The notes under the pieces were generated by a model. The model was not told where the DNA came from. It saw only the letters and a list, made by a program, of their open reading frames with translations, and ran no database searches. Positions 24,446 to 35,720 of a DNA stretch of 64,000 nucleotides are shown here, piece by piece; positions within the stretch are counted from its first letter, which is position 1, and every line of letters starts with the position of its first letter. Origin of the DNA: Eledone cirrhosa. Its lineage: Eukaryota. Made by a program: the position numbers and the translations under genes. Location of the stretch: positions 170,004,001-170,068,000 of the forward strand of contig OZ024742.1 in the NCBI GenBank assembly GCA_964016885.1, written 5' to 3'.

Positions 24446-26206
24446 GATAAAGTGCATTCAGTACATTCCATAAAGTTGTTGGTATTAGAAAACGATAGAA
24501 AACTTGTCAAACATAGGTTTAAGAGGACTCTTCAGTTTTGTTAAAAGACATGGCAACCTTGCTGGTGCCACAATAAATTGCACCCAGTATACTCTGTAAA
24601 GTGCTGATATGAATGTAAGCGAGATGCACTCCACCTCCCCTGGTCCATCTGTGAGGTCAATAGCTCTGATTAAGTACTGGAAGTACAGATGTTAAAAGAT
24701 GATGATGATCTTCATGTGCTTTCACATGTACAGAAACACTTTGTCTACTTTTGTTGTTGTTGATGTTCAAGCTAAGGCTGCAAAATCCTTAAAACAATGG
24801 ATAGAATGCTTTACAGTCCTTGTTCCGTGTCTGCTCTCTGAGTTCAAATCCCACTGAAGTTAATTTTGCCTTTCATCCTTTCATGAGTAATCAAAAAAAA
24901 AGTACTAGTCAAGTACTGGGGTTGATTCTTCCTCTATATTTCTTTCCCACTTCCTCTCTATGAGTCTACCCTTCTCTGGAAGAAATCAGCTGAGTCAGAC
25001 TTGGAGAGGAGATGGGCTCTGCCAGGTTTTAAAAAAAATGCCCAAGAAATGGTATGTCACTGTGGCAGCTCTCCGATTCCACCAGAAATTATAGGTTAAA
25101 GATGATGATGATGATGATCTTCAGGCTGAGCATTATTACATCATTCTCACCAGTTTTTGAAGGACATCGTAAAGTTGGGTGGTGTTTGTGAGGGTGGGGG
25201 ATAAGGCAACTGAATTAACCTATATAAATAAAAGGAGTTATTTTAAAATAACTTAGTAACTTAAGAAGCATTGGGAAAAATGTGGAATTGGAAATGCAAT
25301 CGCCCCAACGTAAATGACCATGATAATAGTATATCACTATAAATAACAATTAGAAAAAAATAACAATTAAAAAAATTGGGTAAAGTAGATGGAAAAGTGG
25401 ATGCAGAGGTATGCCTATGTTCACTTTTTTCATCTCTAGGATTACTTTACTGATTTTCTCAACTATTATTTATGGCGATTGGATTATTTTTATTTGTTCA
25501 AGACAAAACGGAATTGTTTCATCTCCCTTCCCCTCATCATACGGGAGTGGGGGTTATAGGAAAGATAATTATTTAAAATATTTCAATTTAAAATAACAAT
25601 CAGCACCCATTGTTATCTGGAACCATAAAGTAATGATATACAAAAAGAAAAAAGAAAGAAAACAATGCAAAGAAAAAAAACAAAAAACAACTATATATAT
25701 AAAAACAAGTTCCAGATATATTTTATGATAAAATTGTAGAAAAAATTTGAAGTGTTGCTTTCTTCATCGTGACAATCTGAGAAAGAAAACAATTTCTAAA
25801 ACAAATAGATTAAATCAATATTGTGTGTGCAAGGGTGCCTGTGTGTGCATGTGACTGTGAGTGTGTATGCCTGTGTGCATGTGACTGAGTGTGTATGCAA
25901 ATGTATATGTGTGTGCGATTGCGAATGTATGCAAGGGTGTGTGTGTGTGTGTGTGTGTACTAGTGTAAGTGAGTGTGTGAGTGAAGAAAATATGATCCAC
26001 TCCGCCAACTGAGCTGATTATTCTTGAATAAGATAAAAAAATAATTACCAAAACTTCAGCTGTTAAACATTCTTTCTCTTCAATTGTTATCACTGTCTTT
26101 GTTCAGCTTTGATTAGTTTTATACAATGAGGACACGGTGTTGTAAGATTGTCAGAGAGTAGAGTGGTTTGTGAGACTGTCAGAGAGGTTCTGAAGTATGC
26201 AGTGTC

Positions 26207-26412
26207 ATGAGATGAGCAGAGAATTTCTGTTGTGAATGTTGTGCAGAGAATTTCTATTGTGAAATGAGCAGAGAATTGCTGTTGTGAGATGAGCAGAGAA
26301 TTGCTGTTGTGAGATGAGCAGGGATATTCTGTTGTGAATGTTGTGAGATGAGCAGAGAATTTCTGAAGTTGATACTATTGTGAGATTAGCAGGGAGTTCT
26401 TGAAATATGCAC
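26207..26412. repeat. Degenerate ~25-bp tandem repeat (TGTGAGATGAGCAGAGAATTTCTGT); related copy at 15740-15842
   Basis: Both loci share the units and the end GTTCTTGAAATATGCA. Confidence 0.7.
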
Positions 26413-26666
26413 TGAACCTTTAGTAGAGTCCATCCAGTTTAACATTAAAGACTTGGCCCTTGAGTGCCTTTAGTAGAGTCCACTATGTTGCAAGCATTTA
26501 GACCAGGTCTCTGGTGTTTTGGATAATGTCCTCTCTTCTATTAGTCACAGAGTCACTGACTAAGTGATAAAAAAATACTGTTTTACATTTCCTCAGCTTT
26601 ACTATTTTACCTGTTGATCTTGTGCTTAATTGGAAGAAATCTTGTATGTTAGACATCTGTTGGTCC

Positions 26667-26970
26667 CAACAATGAATGTTCCAGTTGTAACAATCAATGG
26701 AGAAACTTGCTCATGAAATTATTGTGCAAGTGGCTGAGCATTCCACAAACACTTGTACCCTCAATGTAGTTCTCAGGAAGATTCAGCATAACACAGGGTA
26801 TGACAAGGCTGTCCCTTTGAATTACAAATCCAAATCATTTTTTTGACTGCTGAGTGGACTGGATAAGTGTTAAATAAAATGTCTTGCTCAAGGACACAGT
26901 GTGCCACTGGGAATCCAACTCACAACTTTACAATCATCAGTCAAACTTTGTAACCACTAAGCTATATATA
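26667..26970 (-). mobile_element. tRNA-derived SINE (family 2 head, different tail); forward copy at 50668-50946
   Basis: The minus strand has GCTTAGTGGTT, GTTGTGAGTTGGATTCC and GTGTCCTTGAGCAAGAC. The tail is shared with 50770-50946. Confidence 0.75.
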
Positions 26971-27366
26971 CACCTTCACATCAGAATAAATCTATATTCA
27001 TTTTATACAACTGTGAAATGGAAATTGAAAAAAAGAAAAAGTTTAATAACTGGGTTTTTCGTCTTCAAAGAAATTCAGGTTAAAGGGTAATTATTTAAGG
27101 GTAAATGAGGAAATTAAAAAAATATCATTTAATGATAAGAGTTGGGTCATCTCCAGTCAATCTAGTTGGAATTGAATTTTTTATGTGCAAATTTCTAAAT
27201 TTTGCCTTTATAATTGAATTTTTAATTAAAAATTGAGGGGAAAAAAATGAATGATCAATTTTTGTGTTTACATTCTTGGTTATTTAAACTGTTTTAGATT
27301 TGGTAAATATATATATATATATATATATATGATGGCTGCCCCCCTCGTTATTGAGTATGGCCATTA

Positions 27367-27408
27367 CACGATAGAATTAATTAATAATTATTAATTAATT
27401 CTATCGTG
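27367..27408. repeat. Perfect 42-bp palindrome
   Basis: CACGATAGAATTAATTAATAA|TTATTAATTAATTCTATCGTG. Confidence 0.95.
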
Positions 27409-27808
27409 CAATGCCTGTGCGTGAAAATATTTTTTAAAGTGAGGAAAGACTGTGCACTGAGCTAATCCCACTCTCTGAGCCACAGTAGCTATAACCCGAA
27501 AAGAAGAAAAGATCAACATCATCGGTAACTACTGAGCCGCAGGTTTTATATTGGAGTTATCCCAGTTTCCTGAGTTGCCTTCTCCTAGAAGAATGCCCTG
27601 ACACTCCCTGTGGTTTAACTGCGCAGTACATGTGTATATACATATTTATACAGTCGCATGGTCATGTCGTCGGCGACTAAACCGGCAACCCCACCAAGTT
27701 TACTTGGTGAGGAGGGTAATTTTGGACACCCTGCAGGACAAAAAACAAAACCTGACAAAGGGCGGAAGAACTCATAAGAGTCAACGGCCATCCAAAAGTG
27801 TGTAAATG

Positions 27809-27840
<32 letters not shown>

Positions 27841-27844
27841 TATA

Positions 27845-29745
27845 GGCAGCGAGCCAGACAGATGGTGCCAAATACCAGGCATACCCCGGGGAAGAATGTA
27901 CCCCACAGCATAGGTTAATCGTTAGTGGTATCTCAGTAAGCAAGAGACAGAATGAGACATACAGGAAGGTGTGGAAAAGAAAGGTCTGGAAGCTAAAAGA
28001 CCTTTCACTAAAATATAAATTTAGGAAAGACCTTCAAGATGTGTATGACAAAAAAGAAGACGATTTAGAGTCGTATGACATAGATGATAACTGGAATTTC
28101 TTATGTGACAACTTACTACAGGCTACTGAAGAAACTTGTGGCTGGAGCAGAGCTCCAACCAGACAGAGAGTGACTTGGTGGTGGAACAGCACAGTAGATA
28201 AGGCCATTAGAGACAAAAGACTAGCATGGAATGCTTGAAAAAATGGTGGGAGTAGAGGAGGATACACAGCCGCTAAGAGAGAAGCTAGACATCGGGTGTA
28301 CTTAGCACGCAGGGAGGCTGAGAGTCGGAGGTTTGCCAATGTTCTGCGACGGGAAGATCAGAGATGTGCGGTGTTCCACATTGCAAGGCAGTGTGTCAGT
28401 GCAAATCAGGATGTTGTTGGAGATAAGTGTGTCTGGAATGATGCCAGTGTACTTAGTGTCACGAATCATTAGAAAAAGGAGGCCTGGAAATGTCATTATG
28501 AGAGACTGATGAATGTGGAAAATGAATGGGAGAGAGAGAAATTACCCTCAGTAGATCCGACAGAGGTACCAGCTATTGAGATTGACGAATATAGGGTCCA
28601 AGAGGCAATTAAGGAAATGAAAAATGGTAAGGCCGCTCGACCGTCGAGGATAGTTGCTGAGAGGCTGAAGGCTTCAGAGGACGTAGTCACTAAACTGGTT
28701 GCACGCATCATCAATCAGGCTATATATGGCGGTGCCATACCAAATGACTGGTGCAGCAGTATTCTCATAAATTGCTACAAAGGTAAAGGGGATGCTCTGG
28801 AGAGGGGCATAAAACTGATGGATCAGGTTATGAAAGTGGCAGAAAGGATATTAGCGAAACTAATTAGAGAAAGGGTCAAACTAGATGAGATGCAGTTTGG
28901 TTTTGTGCCTGGGAAAAGTACAACAGATGCCCTCTTCTTAGTGAGACAACTACAAGAGAGGTTCTTAGAGAAGAATAAGCCACTATACTGTCATCTGGTG
29001 GTACCTAAGGAAACTAGGTGTTGAGGAAAATGGCTTGTGAGGACTGCAAGCTTTGTACAGAGGTGCTGTCAGTAAAGTGAGGGAAGGAATGGAGTTTAGT
29101 GAGGAATTCCAGATACAAGTAGGAGTACATCAGGGTTTGGTCCTCAGCTCGCTCTTGTTCATTATAGTCCTCCAAGCCATAACATAGGAGTTTAGGACTG
29201 GCTGCCCATGGGAACTTCTCTATACTGACGATCTGGTTCTCATAGCAGAATCAGTAGAGGAGCTAGAGAATAAATTGTGGCTATGGAAATGGCAGTTGGA
29301 AACTAGAGGACTGAGAGTGAACCTAGCTAAGACAAAAGTGTTGAGTAGAAAAGAGGACAACACTCTGATTCCGTCAGGGAAATGGCCATGTTTGATATGC
29401 AGAAAAGGAACTGGCATAAATTCTATAAAATACACACAATGCAGATCTTGGGTACACAAGAGATGTAGTGGGATAGCAGGCAAACTAATAGGTAGGGGGA
29501 AAATACGTATGCAGTAGATGTACAGGGAAATTTGACAGTAGAAGTTGCGTTGATAGACACATTTTTCAAATGCAGGTGGGTTCTATAGAAGTGGTTGATA
29601 GCTTCCAGTACCTAGGTGATCAGATTAGCACAGGAGGGGGGGGGGTGTTCCGAGGCCATAGTATCTAGAATAAGGATGGGTTGGAAGAAGTTTAGGGGGC
29701 TGCTTCCTCTGCAGATGAAGAAGGGTTTCTCCCTGCATACGAAAG
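27845..29745 (+). mobile_element. Degraded RTE LINE ORF (APE tail, linker, RT, PHD-like finger)
   Basis: Motifs GEECTPQHRLIV, TWWWN, MKNGKAA, QFGFVPGKSTTDALF, LYTDDL and KWPCLICRKG..WVHKRC, with multiple stops and frameshifts. Confidence 0.9.
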
Positions 29746-29774
29746 GCGTCTGGGGTTCTCCTCTCTCCAGAGAG

Positions 29775-30610
29775 GTGCATCCTCGCAAAGTGGAGAGAAT
29801 ACTTTGCTGATCTCCTAAACCTGATCACAACAGTATCTGATGTATATGGTGACTAATCTCTTGGAGGCTGAGATCAGAAGAGCAGTTAAAGAGCTCAAAT
29901 GTGGCAAAGCTGCTGGGGAAGATGAAAAATCTGGCCTGAGATGTTAAAAGCCTTAAATAGAGAAGGTATTCTCCAGCTGACTCATGTGTGCTGGGTGGCC
30001 TAGATCTTTAGAAAGGCACCTAAGCAATAGCAAAAAGAGAGGTTGTTCCAATTACAGAGGGATCTCCTTGTTAAGCTTCCCAGTAAAGTCTATCCTAAGT
30101 GTCTGACAAAGTGATGCAGGGAGATTGTCAATTCTAAGCTAGCTGATGAACAGTGCGGTTTTTGCACCAGATACAGCACAGCCGACCAAATATTCACACT
30201 GCCACAAGTCTTTGAGAAATTGTGGGAGTATTGCCATGAGGTATATTATATTCTTGGTTTGTCGACCTCAAAAAGGTGTATGACTACTTTCCTCTGGACC
30301 TGCTGTAGAAGTTGGCTGGAATTTGCTGATGACATGGTGTTACTTAACTCGACCGAAGGTGATCTCTGACTTGTGCTTGATAGGTTCGATGCTGAGTGCT
30401 GCATGGCTGGAGTGAAAAACAGTGTTGCGAAAACTGAGACGCTGGCCCTTCAAGGAAGCCTGCACAGTGCACTCTACATGTGGAGTTCCACTGAAGCAGA
30501 TGGTTAAGTTCAAGTCTCTCAGGGCCATGTTCACGAGTGATGGTAGGCAGGAGGCTGAATTAAGTGCAAGAAATGCAGGAGCTGGTTCAGTAATACGCCA
30601 GCTTCAGCAT
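29775..30610 (+). mobile_element. Heavily degraded RT fragment of another RTE-like LINE
   Basis: Remnants AVKELKCGKAAGEDE, NYRGISLLS, EQCGF..STADQIFTL, FVDLKKVYD and FADDMV. Confidence 0.8.
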
Positions 30611-30726
30611 TCAAAATATATATTTTGAACTGTAGATTTGTTGGTGCTGTGGATAAATCACATGCTATTGTTTTGTGGGAAAACCTGGCATAAACAAGTA
30701 TACATTGCCGAGTAAGTTAATTACTC

Positions 30727-30925
30727 AAGGCCAGCAATTTGAAGGGAAGGGGAAAGTTGATTGAACCGACTCCTAGTACATTACTGCTACTTTATTTTAT
30801 CGACCCAGTAAGGATTAAAGGTAAAGCTGACCTTAATGAGATTTGAACTCAGAACGTAAAGGGCTGTAACTATATGCTGCAAAGCATGTTGTCCACACTC
30901 TACTGATACTACTAATCCTCCGCCT
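30727..30925 (-). mobile_element. Family-1 SINE
   Basis: Reverse-complement core and B box. Confidence 0.8.
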
Positions 30926-31125
30926 TTCTGATTATAAATAATAACCATAAAAATAAAGTGCATAATATATGCCTTTTGTGTTTGGACCTAATGTTTATAT
31001 GTGCATATAAAATAGTATAACATGTTTTCAGTATAATTTTCAATGGTTTCACTGATACATTGAACCATTCAATGTCTCACTATTATGTCTATAATGAAGA
31101 AGTTATATTTCTAAATTCCTCCAAA

Positions 31126-31174
<49 letters not shown>

Positions 31175-31175
<1 letters not shown>

Positions 31176-32137
31176 ATCATCATCATCAACGTTTAACGTC
31201 CGTGTTCCACGCTTGCATGGGTTTGGACGGGGGTAGTCCCACTTGAGGCAAGAGTGATTGTCTTGCTCGCATAGGACTGTCTGGCAGGTTTTCTACAGTT
31301 GGATGCCCTTCCTAACACCAACCACATTTACAGTGTGGGTCTGGGAGGTTTTTACCGTGTTGCCTACACGGCCACATTACAGCGTGGACTGTGTTTTTTT
31401 GTCGTGACACCTACACGATCTCATTTGTTTCGGCCTGGATGGCGCGGCACCAACATAACTTTACATAGAACGGGGTGGTGTGGATGGGGTGGGGGTGGTG
31501 GGACGGGGTGTATTTTGTTAGAGATGCCTACTGGCTGTAGTAGGTTTTACTATGTATTTAGGTAAGGCGGGTCTTCTCTGTTACTGAGTACCGCCAAAGG
31601 TCTCGGTCCAGTGACATTGTCTTGGAGAGGTGTAAGTGTGTGAGGTCGGAGTTTATCAGCTCGTCCCAGGTTTTTCTAGGTCTGCCTATTCCGTGACTAC
31701 TGTCTATCTTTATTGCCCTGCACTTTGTTATACAGCTATCGACTTTCATGCGCATCACGTGTCCATACCAACGTAGCCTTCTCTCGAGTAAACATCTGAT
31801 CCCTCTTATTTCTAATTTTTTCCTTAGTTCGTTTATGCTTTGCTGTTCACGTATATTACTGTTACACATCCAGCGGAGCATGCAAGCTTCGTTCCTCTCT
31901 AGTCTGCGTATATCCTCTGCACACAATGCCCAGGTCTCACTGCCATGCAACATTGCTGTTCGTATGCAGGCATCATACAACCTGCCTTTCATTTTTAGGG
32001 AGAACCCTTTAGCAGCTAATAGTGGTATAAGCTCTCTGAACTTTTTCCACCCAGTTCTGACTCTAGCTACTGTACTTTCAGAGCACCCTCCCCCACTGCT
32101 GATTTTATCACCCAGGTAAAATCAGCAGTGGGGGAGG
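31175..32137 (-). mobile_element. 5'-truncated RTE LINE with a complete 3' end, an (ATG)n tail and a fold-back at the 5' junction
   Basis: Highly similar to 1-840; ORF 31558-31992. The tail ends GGACGTTAAACGTT(GAT)n. Flanked by (AT)n on both sides. Confidence 0.93.
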
Positions 32138-32384
32138 TATATATATATATATATATACATACACACACACCATATATGTAAATCCTAAAGATAACTGTGT
32201 CGTAAATAAGGCTTATATATTGATGGTAGGCTTTTGAAATGGCTAATCTCTAATGTTCTTATCAAATAGATAATACTTCGTCTTGTCAAATATCAACTGC
32301 ACTCATGTTATAACTGTTGCACTCAAACATTAACTTAGCAGATTTTCTATAATCTCACTGAATAAAACTGGTTTTTACATCGTC

Positions 32385-32738
32385 TTGCTGCCTTTATCAT
32401 TTACACCTGCAGGTAATTATTTAATTTGTCATCCTGCTGTCTTTATCATTAACACCCACAGGCCATTATTTAATTTATATCATCCTGTTGTCTTTATCAT
32501 TAACAACCACAGGCCATTAATTTTTTATTATCCTGCTGTCTTTATCACATCCCCAAGCCATTAATTTATATCATCATGCTATCTTTACCATTAACACCCA
32601 CAAGCCATTAATTTTATATTATCCTGCTGTCTTTATCACTAAACATCCTCAAGCCATTAATTTACATCATCCTGCTGTCTTTAAGCCATTAATTTATATC
32701 ATTCTGCTGTCTTTATCATTAACACCTATAAGCCATTA
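32385..32738. repeat. Degenerate ~45-bp tandem repeat, ~8 copies
   Basis: Units resemble ATCCTGCTGTCTTTATCATTAACACCCACAGGCCATTAATTT. Confidence 0.85.
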
Positions 32739-32739
32739 A

Positions 32740-33154
32740 ACCTTTAGCATTTAAACTGGCCATATCTAGCAAGAACTCTCTCACCTCTTTCTGTTTACAC
32801 CGGCCTTAACTGGCCACTCATACCAACGTTGGGGTAATGTTCTAAAAATAATCATCATCAAGATCTCGTAGATTCAATATAATTGTTTCTACTTTTGGCA
32901 CAAGGCCAGCAGTTACCCCAGTGCATTACTGGTGCTTTATTTTATCAACCCCGTAAGGATGAAAGGTAAAGTTAACCTCAGTGAGATTTGAACTCAGATC
33001 GTAAAGGGACGTAACTCTATACTACAAAGCATGGCGTCTGACTTTCTACTGATACTGCCAATCCACCCAAAGATTTGATATAATGTGAGATAATTGTGAG
33101 ATAAAGCCTTGACCATAAAAATATAATAGTAGAGTAATTTTAAATGCTAAAGGG
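32740..33154. mobile_element. Family A MITE interrupted by an antisense family-1 SINE (~32880-33068)
   Basis: TTAA flanks and CCTTTAGCATTTA TIRs. The SINE is flanked by the approximate TSD AGATTCAATATAAT / AGATTTGATATAAT. Confidence 0.82.
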
Positions 33155-33539
33155 TTAATTTTACTAAGAGAAAATATTTAAAAATGTGAATGAAATTCTA
33201 TCCATATCTTTATGGGCCATGTGTATTTTGGCTTTTTTGAGTTGATTCACTGTATCCTGGTGTCATATGAGGCAACTAAAAGAGTTTGCATCAGGAAGGG
33301 TATCTGACTTTAAAACACTATCTCAAAACATCCCGTCCAACCCATGTCAGCATGTAGAATAACCCATACTAGCATGGAAGATGGACGTTAAACGATGATG
33401 ATGATTACACACTGTTGTTTATCCATAAGAATTGTATTATGACGTCTTATTGATAAACAGGTGTAAGCAGGTAAGAGTCGTATCTATCCCGCTTAAAGTT
33501 GGCGATCAAACGTAATGGAGTTACCATATATGAAATGGA

Positions 33540-33811
33540 CATAAAGACATTAGTTACATAATCATATTTATTATACATATTTCTGTGGTACCAGCATGGA
33601 GCTGTTGCGCAACCATTACAACAGCAACCGGCACCAGTGTGATGTCATCAAATGTTATCACAATTATGTAAGTTGGTTGATAAATTGTTGGCTAACATTA
33701 CGATGTTTGTGAAAGTCCAGAAAACAAATGTAACGATTCCATAACAGCTCCATGCTGGTGTCACAGAAATACATATAATAAATATGATTATGGAACTTCT
33801 GTTTTAATGTT
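33540..33811. mobile_element. MITE with ~50-70-bp TIRs
   Basis: CATAATCATATTTATTATACATATTTCTGTGGTACCAGCATGGAGCTGTT matches the reverse complement at 33743-33792 with about 4 mismatches. Confidence 0.78.
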
Positions 33812-33836
33812 TATTTTATATATATATGTGTGTGTG

Positions 33837-33839
<3 letters not shown>

Positions 33840-33905
<66 letters not shown>

Positions 33906-34017
33906 TATAAGCATGGAAAAGCAGACATTAAAAAGATGATGATGATGATATATATATATACACACACGCACACATTTTATAAGCATGGAAAAACAGACAA
34001 AAACGATGATGATGATG

Positions 34018-34048
<31 letters not shown>

Positions 34049-34156
34049 TTTTATAAGCATGGAAAAACAGACAAAAACGATGATGATACACACACACACA
34101 CACACACACCCACACTTTATAAGCATGGAAAAGCAGACATAAAAACGATGATGATA
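33840..34156 (+). repeat. 4 tandem units of retroposon 3' tip plus (GAT)n plus (CA)n
   Basis: Unit TTTATAAGCATGGAAAARCAGACA.AAAACGATGATGAT...(CA)n. Confidence 0.85.
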
Positions 34157-35344
34157 TATACATATATATATGTATTCTAATGTAGAAGGTTATCAGTAAT
34201 ATATATTGCCGTCTTCAGAAAAGATAACTTTAACTCGAGTAAATTAGATTATCTTGTAGACCTGCCTGTTTCTATTTGATAATTTCCTCCAGCTATTCAA
34301 AAAAATGTATGTATGTCTAGCATTTATTTTATTCCCTTGGTGAAGTAGTTCTTAGAATTAGGCCCAATATTTCAACATCCGGTGAATACAGTCAGACATA
34401 TTTATTTCTGTCAATGTTGAATTTAGGTAATGGTCAATTTTTTTGTGTTCTTTGATGTTTTTAATGTGTGTTATTTTTCAATTAATTACCATTTATTTTT
34501 ATTTTCTTTAGTCTAAGAAGCATAGTTGCTATGTATTGCTTTTATAGAAATTTACCGAAGCACTAATTATGTAGAGGAAAATAAATTTGTTCTGTAGAAT
34601 CACTCACCATAAAAACAATGTAGTCGTGCCAAATGGGTTTGATATTGGTTTAAACTTTCATTTTTAATGTCATATACCTTATGAAACCACATTAATAAGA
34701 TATTCTTGAAAATTATTAAAAAAAGTACTCTGACTGCATCACATTAAAAATTAAAGTTTTTACTCTAATACTGCAAATGTTCAGAATAATCTGTTCACTA
34801 GTAAAGGCACTATAACCATTTTAATTAACAAACCACATGAAGCCACAATGAATTCTTAACATGTGATGATTTAGCAAAATATATCTAAAAATGATTTGTT
34901 AATTCAAATATTTAGAATTGTGAAAATGTGCAGTATCAGAATAAAGACTTCTATTTTTCTTGTGATACAGTCATAGTGCTGTTTTATACTGTTCCAAAAT
35001 ATCTTGTTAATGTGGTTTTAGGTGGTTTGTTAAATCAAATGTTCATAATATCTTTACTGGTGGACATATGTGAAAAATTTGCAATATTAGTGTAAAAACT
35101 TTAGTTTTTCATGTGATATAGTCATAGTGTTGTTTTGTACTTTTCAAGAATGTCTTGCTAATGTGGTTTCATGTGGTACAGTACGTTACAAGTTAATGAC
35201 TATCTCTTATAAAAACCTGTGGTTCATTAAAATGGGATTAACACAACTTCTGCTTGTGCAACCACTATTTTAGTTTGGTTTAGCAAAGATGTTTTCAGTG
35301 ATAGCTCTTATACACATATTCTATTTGGCTTTTTTTAATATTTA

Positions 35345-35720
35345 TTTAGACTTAGAAGCTATTATGTCTTGAGACACATAAGGCAGTCAGAGCAATCCAG
35401 TCTTTCCTATCCCCAGCTATGGCAGGTACATCCTTCCATTGTTCACCTGTTGTAGATCTTACACAGTGTTCTGATGCTGATGCATTTTAGGTCTTCCTTA
35501 ATTTCTTTTTTCCTTTCTGCAACCCAGAAAAAAGTTTTGTTTACTGGTCTTGTTTGTGGAAGTCTAGAAAGCTGTCGCAGCTAGCGAAGGCATCTTTTGG
35601 TTTACTGGTCTCGTTTGTGGCAGTCTGGAAAGGTGACCAAGTTAGCTTAAGTGCCATTTTCGATAGGGACAGTAACATTTCAGAGCCCCATTTTTACAGA
35701 AAACTGAAACATCGAGGCTG
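35345..35720 (-). mobile_element. Old LINE 3' fragment with a short internal duplication
   Basis: The minus strand encodes LGHLSRLPQTRPVN, similar to the LINE C-terminal GH..R motif. 35538-35572 resembles 35600-35632. Confidence 0.45.

Noticed and set aside
22794-24473. Long repetitive ORFs (mucin- or antifreeze-like)
   Set aside because: Both strands and several frames are open because of the 30-bp unit. 28-bp units break the frame, and there is no unique coding flank.
34180-34220. Possible minus-strand hammerhead (CTGAAGA-C-GGCAAT-ATAT-ATTACT-GATAA)
   Set aside because: GAAA, stem III and stem I cannot be formed convincingly; at best a decayed relic.
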